From the NCBI GenBank assembly GCA_030295235.1, contig AP026130.1, positions 1,302,001-1,366,000 on the forward strand: 64,000 nt of DNA. The letters are read 5' to 3'. Origin of the DNA: Fistulifera solaris. Lineage: Eukaryota. Each line of letters starts with the position of its first letter. Positions within the stretch are counted from its first letter, which is position 1. Shown in pieces: positions 36,186 to 46,677 of this stretch. The position numbers were made by a program, and so were the translations under genes. The notes under the pieces were generated by a model. The model worked only from the letters and a program-made list of their open reading frames with translations, had not been told where the DNA came from and did no database searches.

Positions 36186-37316
36186 ATGAAAATCCAGAGG
36201 CTCTTCATCGCCGTGACAGCAGGCCTCCTATTTCCTTATGTTTCCACGCTCTTAACATCTTCATCGCCGTCGACATCACCATCAAGAACTCATTTATCCC
36301 TTGCTTCTTTATCTTCATCAATCTCTTTTACGCGATTTCTTCCTCATTCGGCATCTCGTACCAGAGGAGCAATTCAATACTATCTGCAGCAGCATTATAA
36401 TGTCTCCTGCCCTGCACAAATTGTACAACACAATGCGTTTGCAGCGACCTTGACATACGAACTGCCATTCACGGCCATTGAATGGGAATATTTGACAGTT
36501 CGCTTACAACTGCACGTAGAAGAGACGTGTGCAGAGGGATGCTTTGTAAGAATTCAAGTTGAACCGGCGTGGACGGAATGGTGGGTTCGCAAAGCTTTGC
36601 GAGACATAGAATGCGGTCTGTTAGCGACGCCGCGGCTTTTACGACGACAAATGATCTTTTCAATACACAATTCTACTCAGTATAACACAACAATCGCAGC
36701 AACGAACGTGACAGCATTCATGTGGAGGGATTTTTGTTGGAATCAAGGCGGTGGTTTACCGTTACCACTGCCTCCATTCGTCGGCAAAGAAACACGTATC
36801 ATTCTCCCACCGGGTCTGGTCGAGCGCATTCGTTCCATAAAAACGAAAGAAGTTTACTATCAAGTCGACAATCCGGGATGGCTGTCCTTGTACCCGGTTT
36901 ACACTCACATCGGGCGCGTACGATTTCTGCCCCGTCGAACGAATCTTCGGAATGCACTGCCAGATACTATTCTTCTCGATTGGCAAGTACAAGTACGGCC
37001 GTATCCTGAAACGAGGCGAATCGTGGAATGGTTTACCGAAACCATTGTGGTGACACTAACACGTAATTTATATGTCCATTGCACCGAGCCGGAGTCAGTC
37101 ATCAATGTATGGGCACCGATAGGGCGACCCGGCGCGTTTTGGACGTTGCGTAAGGATTCTTGGTTCGGTGGAGTCTGGGAGGCGCGACGAACAGATCAAC
37201 GTGCTCCATGGCGACAAATCATTGATCTAGGGCGTCCCTGGACGTGGGGGCGGTCGCATGATTTATCTCAAATGAATGCGACTACTACATGGACAGATGG
37301 GTACTTCCACGACTGA
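36186..37316 (+). CDS. Hypothetical protein with signal peptide or anchor (possible SRPBCC/START-like domain)
   Basis: 376-aa ATG ORF with hydrophobic N-terminus. The fold guess is weak. Confidence 0.65.
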   Translation: MKIQRLFIAVTAGLLFPYVSTLLTSSSPSTSPSRTHLSLASLSSSISFTRFLPHSASRTRGAIQYYLQQHYNVSCPAQIVQHNAFAATLTYELPFTAIEWEYLTVRLQLHVEETCAEGCFVRIQVEPAWTEWWVRKALRDIECGLLATPRLLRRQMIFSIHNSTQYNTTIAATNVTAFMWRDFCWNQGGGLPLPLPPFVGKETRIILPPGLVERIRSIKTKEVYYQVDNPGWLSLYPVYTHIGRVRFLPRRTNLRNALPDTILLDWQVQVRPYPETRRIVEWFTETIVVTLTRNLYVHCTEPESVINVWAPIGRPGAFWTLRKDSWFGGVWEARRTDQRAPWRQIIDLGRPWTWGRSHDLSQMNATTTWTDGYFHD

Positions 37317-37351
37317 TTTGGGAAGATTAAGGACCAAATGATATTAAAGTG

Positions 37352-39353
37352 TTATGCTTCAGGACAGTTACGGGCACCACAGCACAAGCACGTGACTGTA
37401 CAATCCACTTCGAGGATAGCCAGTTGAGATTCCAGAGTACCTCGCTCGCGACACAAGGTTTCAGATATTTCTCCCGTAAGACCCGTATTCGTCAATACCA
37501 GTTCTTCAAGTTGTGTGCATTCATCGAACTCGGCCGGTATTGTTCCGGAGAGTGCATTATCATTGAAACGAATAACACGCAGAGTATCGCACGCTAGGCG
37601 GATGTCTTCGGTTAGGACACCGCGAAATTGAGCTCCACTTAGGTCCAGAGTCTGCAGGTCGGGTACAAGAAACAATTCCGAAGGAATTTCTCCTTTCATG
37701 CTAGTCGCATGCAAATCTAGTGCTTCCTGGGAAGACATGTTACTGATCGTGGCCGGTATTGTGCCGGACAATGCTTGATTTTCTCCTAACAGTAACTCTC
37801 TCAAGTTCGAATGGGAGAACAGATTCATGGGAACTTGCCCGTCCAAGTGATTTCCTGATAGCCCTAACGTTTCTATCGAGATCATTCACAAAACGTTAGG
37901 TGCTATTGGTCCTCTGCATACTCTTACTTTCTATTTCATGATGACGTACCGAGAAGAGGTAATACTCCCAATAAGGATGGAATCGTTCCAGTAATGCCGT
38001 TTGCATCCACATGAAACTCTCGCAGCTTTTCCAGCCTTACCAGTGCATCGGGCAAGGATCCTGTCAGATTGTTCGAACGGACGTTGAAAACTTCCAAGAA
38101 GGGATGGTTTGCATCTAGCTCAGTTGGAATTGTTCCAGTCAGCACATTGTTTTCCACATTCAGAACACGCAACTGAGTAAACACCTTAAATGCATCCAAA
38201 GATCCCTGGACATCCATGTTAGCAGCTAGAAACTCTTCCAAGTACGTGAAATGACGTAATTCTGGAGGTAGTTCGCCTTCAAGACGGATACGACTTTCAT
38301 GCAATTCAATGAGGCTGTCAGGGTCCGCAGTTGAGTATCTAGCGGACTCTAATAGTACCGAAAACATTCGGGTAATGTGAGGGACAATTGGCAAATAGAG
38401 GAATTTAGAACGAAATGATACTTACCAAAATCTAACCCAATCATTGCTCCTGTCGCATCACAAACAACTCCAATCCAATCACATTCCGATGTTTCTTGAT
38501 TGAGCCAATTTCTCGGCCTTCCCTCAACAGCACAATTGGACCGTCCCTCTCCACATGCCTCCCATCGCTCTCCTCCCATGGCAAAGTAAAAAACCGCCAG
38601 TAGATATCGTTGCAGAGACTCATCATATTTGCTCTCAGGTGTCCACCATGACGCTGCTTTGGCTTGCGGTGAATCGTTATCGAGTAAGGCCGTCTCATCC
38701 GAAATATTGTTCTGAACGAGCCAACCAACCTGTTCAGGAAAACTAGACATTGTCGGAGATGGCGTGGGCGGCAAGGTCGGCGCAATAAGAAGTCCTACAG
38801 ATTGATTCCCCGGACGAAGAAAGAAGTAGGTGCAAATGACGACCACAACAGCACCAACAGGAATAAGCGACCACCACGCAAAATTCCATTTTCGCGATGG
38901 ATGTGTAACTTCTTTTTCTTCTGATTCAGCAAGAACAACTGCAACAGCCCCAGAGTCTACCATTACCGGTGTCTCTACAGTTATAGCTGTCAAGGTAGCT
39001 ACGGGCTCTTCAAATGTGTCCGTGAAATCGGATGCGTCTCCGATGGGCACAGGTTGTGCCGGAATGTCGTGACGTGCGTTCTGTCTTGACCGCCTGTTCA
39101 TTCCTGCAATTCGAAATGCCCCCGGATGAAGAGATGGATCGTTACTTAGCGCAACGGAACAGCTGTTCTTGCTTCTAAGGACGGGTCTACGAAACAAAGA
39201 TGGGTTCTCATCACTCGCTGTCTCGGCGGAAAAGCGTCGGCAATCATTGTCGTCTTCAGCGTCCCCTGCCTTTGCTTCCTCTGCGATTGACGTCGGTGTT
39301 GCCCTGTTATATTCATCTTTGATGGATGGGGCAGCCTCTTTGTTTTTCTTCAT
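37352..39353 (-). CDS. Type II membrane leucine-rich-repeat protein (diatom LRR family); about 3 exons
   Basis: PGAF motif, single TM helix, SPQxxAxxW / QRYLLAVFYFAMGG / NWL...ECDWIGVVC cap, plant-type LRRs (NxLTGTIPxE). Confidence 0.88.
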
Positions 39354-39599
39354 GACAAAATGGAATGAAGGGATATAAGTCAATGCTGTTGAACGAAATA
39401 CCTGGTAAGGACAAGCCGCGAGAGTTGCAGCTTGCAGGGCAAGCTTGTTGCTTGTTTTCTGTGGCAAAATACTGAGTACCTAAGTCCACAGTCAACTGCG
39501 AAGAAAAAAGATTTGCCGAATATGCCTCTTTTGAAATGACCACCTTCATCTCTACTCTCTACGGTACACAGAATCAGATAGTCACTTGCAATGGGGTCA

Positions 39600-39890
39600 T
39601 TCCTTAGCCCTTAACCCCTGCTGCTTTTGTGAGTTGTGAGTAGTCAGAGTCAGCCACAATGACCACTGTAGAATGTCGATACTTTATCGCTTATATTGCA
39701 TAATTGACGCATTCCGCCGTACTGTAGTCATTTCTATAAGGAATGCGCGACTTGCGACTTGCGACTGCGAATTGTAAGGTTACTACTAGAGATTAGAGAC
39801 ATCGACAGCGAACAACCTTAACCCTTGCGTCGATGTAGTTCGGGAGTGAAGAAGCATCGAAAAGCAGTTCGTCGTCGTATCGTCGTCGCG
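39600..39890. repeat. Short tract of 6-7 bp tandem micro-duplications
   Basis: (TTGTGAG)2, (AGTCAG)2, (GCGACTT)~3, TAGAGAT-TAGAGA upstream of the LRR gene. Confidence 0.6.
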
Positions 39891-40121
39891 CACACACGCG
39901 GCCCATTTCCTATTTTGCTCATGCCCATTTGTCTTCTAACAACTTACTCCGTATTTCTTATTTGACATTATAACTATTTATACGTGCTGCCAAAACTTAA
40001 CTCTCTAAAGCGATCAAAATAGAAATCCAAGGATTCTCGATGCACTTGTGTCGCGCACTGAGAAGACCTGATTTCGCACAAAAACGTCACATCTGCGACC
40101 GCCACATTCAATGTTCATGCG

Positions 40122-41462
40122 CTAGTTATCAGCTGCACTAAAGTTCAAGGAATCAAATTGGTCTTCAAAAAAAGGAACATCCTGCCACTCTAACTCATCT
40201 TGGGAATTATAATGATCCGTCAAAGTTGTTACGGCGGACTGATCATCAGCATCTGTATCCACCAATGGCGCAAGAGGCGCTGATGGAGCTGCCATTTCCA
40301 TTTCAAACTTTGCTGTAGTTCTTCCACGAAGAGGAGAAACGATACGCTGTACTCCGTCCCAAGTCTGCTGAATTTGCTCAATTGGAAATTCTCCAGTTGG
40401 AAAAGACATTCCTTGCCCCGAGTAAATGACGTTTTGACTGCTAGGGCACTCTGTGAGTGACGAGCATGGTACTTGCTGCATGCCCATAGACCCTCCATTG
40501 ATGTGAAATTGCTGCAAGCTTTGAGAATAGAGTGCTGATGTCGCACCCAACACTGTCGGTTCCGACAATGGCTGCCATGCCAGCACCTGTGTGTAGTTCT
40601 GTCTCTGCGGAAACAATAACTGAGGCGTCGCCTGGTTCGTGCACATGGTGGGCATTACGCCGCTACTGACTTGTCGATGAAAAGTATTCCCCATCTGGGA
40701 ACCAAAGATTTGCGGAGCTTCCTGGAGTACTTGAGACGGAATCATCGTTGCGTTGCCAGGCTGATACAAAGTCTGAACGTTCGGGGGCGGAAGAAACATT
40801 ATCGTTGTCTGCCCGGCATCGTTGCTTTGCATTGGCATGGAGACTCGACGAATCGTCGTTTGCCCAACTTGATCGTTTCCCTGGAGCTGCTGCAGCTGAG
40901 CAGGTGTGATGACTCCCATGGACGGATGGGTCGCAATCATGTTCTTGTTCATACGTTGCAATTGCAGCAGAGAGTTATCTTGTTGATAGGTAAAAGGCAA
41001 GCTGCTGCAACTGTTGGCACTAAGCTGCAGATGCTTCCAAATGGCGAGCTCGCGATCGAACTTGATCTTCTCGATATGCGCGCGCTGCATGAAGAGCGCT
41101 TTCAGCGATGGTGAAATGCACTTCCATTTGCTGGCAATTGCCGTCGCCAGACCTTTGAAACCCATCTTTACGCTCGCCTCTTGGGGATTCTTTGTTTTGA
41201 TGAGATCTTTGGTATCACTGCGATCGATGACGAGCGTTGCGAGATCCTGGCTAGTCAAGGTATCTATGCTTGATAATTTGCGATCTCCGGCCTGAATGCG
41301 AGCGCGCGCTAGTTGGAAGAAGATGTTGTAAGCGCTGAGAGGACGCTTGGGACGTCCGTCTGACTTCTTTCTTTTCTTTCTCGCGGATACTTTCTCATCG
41401 TGAGAAAAGGAGGCTTTGTTGTTCATAACGGGGTCGATGGGTGAAACCGGATGCGGTTTCAT
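40122..41462 (-). CDS. HMG-box transcription factor with Gln-rich C-terminal region
   Basis: RPKRPLSAYNIFFQ...MGFKGLATAIASKWK...EKIKFDRELAIWK, a split HMG box as seen in diatoms. Confidence 0.88.
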   Translation of the reverse strand: MKPHPVSPIDPVMNNKASFSHDEKVSARKKRKKSDGRPKRPLSAYNIFFQLARARIQAGDRKLSSIDTLTSQDLATLVIDRSDTKDLIKTKNPQEASVKMGFKGLATAIASKWKCISPSLKALFMQRAHIEKIKFDRELAIWKHLQLSANSCSSLPFTYQQDNSLLQLQRMNKNMIATHPSMGVITPAQLQQLQGNDQVGQTTIRRVSMPMQSNDAGQTTIMFLPPPNVQTLYQPGNATMIPSQVLQEAPQIFGSQMGNTFHRQVSSGVMPTMCTNQATPQLLFPQRQNYTQVLAWQPLSEPTVLGATSALYSQSLQQFHINGGSMGMQQVPCSSLTECPSSQNVIYSGQGMSFPTGEFPIEQIQQTWDGVQRIVSPLRGRTTAKFEMEMAAPSAPLAPLVDTDADDQSAVTTLTDHYNSQDELEWQDVPFFEDQFDSLNFSAADN

Positions 41463-42239
41463 GATGCGTTGCGGAGGAAGATTCAGGTAAATGCGGAGAG
41501 CTACTCTTTCGTCTTCGTCGCAATGGAGGTGCGGGGATGGGGAAATGCAAGCAAAACTTCGTCTGCAATGAAGTTTCTTCTTGTTAAGGTTGACTTTTCT
41601 TAACACAAGCACACGCGTCTGGAGAATGAAAGGATGTGCATTTGACGATTTCAGCGAAAATGAGATACATTCCTCAGCCCGTATTATTTGACATAATAGG
41701 TTCCTCTGACTTAGGCTGATGATGATTCATTCACTTTCTCTTGCTTCTCCGTTCGCGCTTCTTGGTCGGCGGTCGGCGGCAATTCGCTACTTTATTACCA
41801 TAAAGTCGTCAGGAAGACCTGGGACTTGTTTGATCGCAACCCGTCACTACAGTTTACTATAGGATCAAGTCCGGTGATAACAAGGGAGCGAATTTAAAAC
41901 TAGAAAGTGAGAACAAAACTTCCTAGAGTATTTGCGGAGCTTCCGTACCAGCGATAAGAGCTTAAATGTTCGTGTACATAGCTACTTTAGATTCGTTCAC
42001 TAATCACTACACTCTTCTTCAGGTTCTAGATAATGTACCGAATGTGAGGGTTTTTATGATTCATGACCTGTTACCTGCTACTTGCTACTTCTCAATTTTC
42101 ATGGCAAGATGCAAGATTGCTGTGAAACGCCGATCCAGCAAGCAGCAACCCAGCAACCAGAAACACTCTAAGCTCGTTGTTGCTAGCTAAGAGAAAGAGA
42201 CATGCGCATGGAGGATGGGGGATGATGGCGATTTCTCCC

Positions 42240-42930
42240 TACTACCAGGTACCAGTAGCTAAAGAGACCTCTAGAGAGCACCTCACAGCTCACAGAAGCA
42301 GAGCTAAAGACTTTATGTTATACGGAGTAGTCTTTAGTCTTCAGAGCCAGAGCAGAGAGCGATGAGCGACGAGCGACGAGCGGTGACATGACATACTGAA
42401 CAAGAACCCAAGACCAAGACCAAGGCCCAGGGACCAGGAGTCCAGGAACCAGGAACAAACAATAGCTATAGTTATTGGTTAACGATCACGGAACAAGAGC
42501 GCTACAAACAATAGCTATAGTTAATGGTTAATGGTTAACGATCACTCAACTCAACCTACGAGTAATCTACTCTACTCGACGATTGAGACAAGGGGATTAT
42601 TGCCCCTTGCTTGAGATGTTTTTTCTTGAAGTTTCGACTCATGACTTCTTCCAAAACTGCACAGAGATTGTATAAGGTCGAACTGTACACATTCGACTTC
42701 GCCCCGGCTGTCGGCGAAGTTGCTTCCGTTCCAATCATTGTTTGATACTGGAATGTTGACTCGGGACTCGGGACTGCATGAGGCATGAGGCATGAGGTAG
42801 ATCGTACAATGTAGACTACAATAGCAAACGTATTCCGCATGACATAAATATCTTATGGAAAAAATAAAAATGAAAACGCTTTTCAGCAACTTAATCCACT
42901 TTACTAAATAGTTACTGGTTACTGGTAAAC
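42240..42930. repeat. Tract of chained 5-7 bp tandem micro-duplications plus a ~35-bp direct repeat
   Basis: (CTCACAG)2, (TAGTCTT)2, (GAGCGAC)n, (CCAAGA)n, (CCAGGAA)2, (TTAATGG)2, (GACTCGG)2, (GCATGAG)3, (TTACTGG)2; ACAAACAATAGCTATAGTTA..TAACGATCAC occurs twice. Confidence 0.85.
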
Positions 42931-43970
42931 TTTCTAGAGAGATAACTCTAGACATATTCACGTGTTCCGCGATTCGTGACTCATCTCAACCCCCTCTGGA
43001 CAGTCTATAGCTATAGGCTCTAAACCATGAGTCCCCACGCTTTTTGGCTTATTCTTTAACATTGTGTGGCTTCAAAAAAACAAGGTCTTTCGCCAGCATT
43101 TGCACATTGAGTGAGTAAGTGAAAGCCTCTTAGCTTCTGTTATTTTCCACCTACCTTACCTTGCCGCTGCACTGCATAACTGCGTACCATTAGTCGAACA
43201 GAAAATGGCGTGACAACGTTCATAAATACACTACGACGGTTACGTGAGTTTGCGTAGACACTCGAAACGCTGAATCTCTTTCCTTGCTGCATTTGGAGCA
43301 TAAAATGTTGCTTATTAATGTCATGTTTCTATGTCGTTGAAAATAACGACAAAGTCGGTGCAAACCAGAGCCGTAAATTGATGAAGTCGAAGTCACATAG
43401 ACCTAATACCAGTATCCGGAAACTCCCCTTAGGGGGCCCACGTAAACGCTCGTAGGCTTGGAAACGTTGCATCTATTTTCTTTTCATGTGCCGTACACAG
43501 GTAACTTGAACTTTCGAATCATGCGTATTGTTTTTATAATTGTGACAATGGATTTTGTCGCGACCGGACTCGAGAGACGATGAGCTCGATTTCGATAAGT
43601 GGTCGAATGACTACCTGCATCAATAAAATTCCTACTGGGCCTACGTGAATTTTACGTAGAGAATTGAAGCATTGTTTCTTCGCTTTTCTGAACGTTTTGA
43701 TTTCGATTTGACTCATTTTTTATTAAATGAGTGCAAATGATTGATGTTTCAAAAGCATTTTATCGCAAATCAGTTGTAAGACTACCCGAAAAAGGGATGA
43801 TGCATGATGCGTCTATATCTCTATTCTCTATAGGATTTGCACAATATCCGGGTTCCGCTTCATGATCGTTTTCCGCCGTCCGACGATGCCGTCCGCATAA
43901 AAAAATTACTCTGTATGCTGTTTACCTGGTACTATAGTTAGCAAGCAAATAACAACGGTAAAATCAAGAA

Positions 43971-44468
43971 ATGAGGCTTTCGAAAATAATAGTATTCGTT
44001 GTGTTCATCAGATCGTCGTTGGGCTTTCTAATGCTTCTACAATCGGCGAGGCCAACAGCACTCCTTCATGCCAACACTTTGCCGACCCCAGAAGAATCGG
44101 CACGTGCGTTATCTGATTATATGGCTAAAGCACACGAGGACAAATTGAAAGCTGTAGCACAATGTGAGAAAAAGTATCAGTTAGAAATCGCAGAGCTCAA
44201 AGCCAAAATTGCACAGCTCGAGCAGAACAAATTTGTTGCTATTTCCAGTGAGGACGACTCGTTTGTTTTCCCAGTCACCAACAAGGCCATGACGGAAAAG
44301 ATAGCTGCCTACCGAAACTTTATTACGAAATACATTGTGAATGCACAAGAAGATAAAAGACGAGCGGTCGCAGAAGCAGAAAAGAAAGTGAGAGACTATT
44401 ACGAAGAAAAACTCCGACAAAAGGAGCTCGACGCTAACGCAAAAGTCACAGAAAAGAGTTTCGCGTAA
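43971..44468 (+). CDS. Hypothetical, probably plastid-targeted coiled-coil protein with an internal duplication
   Basis: Signal peptide ending SSLG-F; repeated YxxxAxEDKxxAVAxxEKK motif. Confidence 0.75.
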   Translation: MRLSKIIVFVVFIRSSLGFLMLLQSARPTALLHANTLPTPEESARALSDYMAKAHEDKLKAVAQCEKKYQLEIAELKAKIAQLEQNKFVAISSEDDSFVFPVTNKAMTEKIAAYRNFITKYIVNAQEDKRRAVAEAEKKVRDYYEEKLRQKELDANAKVTEKSFA

Positions 44469-44547
44469 AGGAAAATCGCAAACGGATTGTCATAGTCAAG
44501 CTTTTATTGTATTTCAAAAGCTGGTAAATTATGCGACCTTTTGATCG

Positions 44548-45735
44548 TTATGCAGCAGGAATATGTTTTCGTTTAGCAATTTCCAGGACCGTCTCCGAGT
44601 ACGTAGCGAGGGCTTGGTCAATAGTCTTCCACAATACAGCTTCTGCCTTGGCAATTTCAGGATCGTGACTTATTTTATCGCGACAAGGGAGAGCCGATGT
44701 CTGTTGCGATGCTCCCAAAGAGAAACGAAGATGTGTTTCTTCCGCTCTGGACTCGTGATGTGCTCGAGATGTAGGTTGGCTAGACGACCGTAACTTTTCA
44801 GAACAAGAGCTGAGATTCTGAAAGTATTTCTTCCAAGCATGCGATTGTACCTTGTGAACTTCTTCTAACATGACACGGTAACGTTTCTCGTACTCCACAG
44901 AAGAAATCCGCTGACCATTGGATACACAAAAATACTTCATTCCGCCTCTTCCCTTTTCACTTCGCGCGTCAAGAATCTTTTCCGCCAACCTGGACTGATT
45001 TGATTTGTATTCGTCCATCTGTTTCAACTGAGGACCCAAGCGCTGGTATATTGCTGCTTTATCAGGGGCCTGATAAGGAAGGACTGGGTCGACGGTCGGC
45101 GAAGACAAAACATACCCCGTGAGTTCTTCGATATCCTCTTTTGCGCTTTTTGCTTCACTCGAAGTGTAAGAATGGACGAGGCTTTGAGCTTGCTGTAATG
45201 TTGTCGCCATAGAATACAGTTGAGAGGGAGGAATGCAGACGAATGGTGATTCTTCCAACAAGATTGTATTGTTATCAGGCAGCTCCTCAGGATTCAGACT
45301 GTTGCGAGACCGTTTGGGCGCCCGAGGAGCGATATCGCGATTCAAAACCTCTGCCGTCAGTCCACTGTTTTCTTTCAAAAAATTACTCTGATCTTTTGCA
45401 TTGATTGGTAACGGAATATGGCACAAACTTTGACGTGATGGCTTGGTCGCAAGTTTTTCGACGCGAACGGTGCTATCTCCGTTCTTGAAAGCGCTGTGAT
45501 GTGTCAAATCCTGTAGAGGAGCTGAAAGTCTTCGCCGGCGGTTTGTGAGGAGAGCATTCGAAGTGGTAATGCCATCTGGTAGCGAAGAAGAGGAATCTTT
45601 GGATGATAGTGTTTGTTGGAAAGGCATATCTGCGTGTTTCATTCGTTCGACCGTGTTGGAAGCATTTTCGTCGCTCAAAGACGGCATTGACGGAATGTTA
45701 TCTGAATGTTGATATATTGGTTGCTTGACTTCCAT
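44548..45735 (-). CDS. Hypothetical protein
   Basis: Long ORF (about 395 aa from MEVKQP) with protein-like composition; no recognised domain. Confidence 0.65.
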   Translation of the reverse strand: MEVKQPIYQHSDNIPSMPSLSDENASNTVERMKHADMPFQQTLSSKDSSSSLPDGITTSNALLTNRRRRLSAPLQDLTHHSAFKNGDSTVRVEKLATKPSRQSLCHIPLPINAKDQSNFLKENSGLTAEVLNRDIAPRAPKRSRNSLNPEELPDNNTILLEESPFVCIPPSQLYSMATTLQQAQSLVHSYTSSEAKSAKEDIEELTGYVLSSPTVDPVLPYQAPDKAAIYQRLGPQLKQMDEYKSNQSRLAEKILDARSEKGRGGMKYFCVSNGQRISSVEYEKRYRVMLEEVHKVQSHAWKKYFQNLSSCSEKLRSSSQPTSRAHHESRAEETHLRFSLGASQQTSALPCRDKISHDPEIAKAEAVLWKTIDQALATYSETVLEIAKRKHIPAA

Positions 45736-46150
45736 TGTAAAAGCTGGTTGTAGATGAAATGCTGGGAATGAGTGAATGGAAAGGAATGTTTGGCTTGAAA
45801 CAAGGATAAGACGACGAGCATGTAAAATAATGAATGCAATGAGGAAAAGCATTCGGGTCGCTGAACTGAGAACACGCACAATAAAACGCTGACATGGACC
45901 CAAAACCAGGCGGGCGTGTCTTTACTTAGCAAAGACGATTGATACTTAGACTCAGTGAAAATTTATATAACTAATAATATTTTGTCAATCGGCGTAAGAC
46001 AACAATTTTTCTGATACTCAGAGTGCCGCGCTTCTTGTTATGACTGTCGGCGGGCGCGCTAGATGACGTCATCACTAAAAATTGAACCCCAGCGTAAAAG
46101 TTTACGCGTGGACGGGAGGACGTGTTTTTTGAAGATGCGAAAACGAGACG

Positions 46151-46480
46151 TGTGAAAATCTACGACGTACGGATAGGCCGCAGATTCGGGCTGTTTGTTT
46201 TATTTTACTTGATATTATGGTGTGTAAAGCGTGATGGAGTCGAATGAGTGTTTCCCTTTGTTTTCCTGTTGATTTCTACTTGATTCGGTAGGTTGTTTGT
46301 TTGGTGTCAAGATAGCGTTCCTTATCTTCCCACTCTTCAGTATGTCGAGCTGTTGTTCCTCATGATAGGATTTAACGACATTAGCTGACAACCGTTCCGA
46401 ATTCTTGATTCGTATTCCTGACGTGTATTCGGGATTGTGGTTCACGAGTCAACCTGTCTCACCATACTGGTTTCCTCGCA
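46151..46480 (-). repeat. 3' LTR (330 bp)
   Basis: Matches 52422-52749 apart from two single-base indels that I could see. Preceded on the minus strand by the polypurine tract TGAGAGGGAG (46481-46490). Confidence 0.95.
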
Positions 46481-46677
46481 CTCCCTCTCAGTCTTCGGCG
46501 TAATCCATTCTTCTTGAAATGTAAATATATGTAGTATGTATTGATGTATTGATGGCCCGGTCATCCTTTTCTTTCTTCATGCAATTCTCGTACATCGCTT
46601 GTTCGTAGTATGGCTTAATCCGTACGAGTTTCCTGATACATGGAATGTAGGTTGCAATAAGATAGCTTACAACGCTA

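Noticed and set aside
46215..46445. ORFs within the LTRs and within the tandem repeats
   Set aside because: Short, with no domain, and repeated only because the underlying DNA is repeated.
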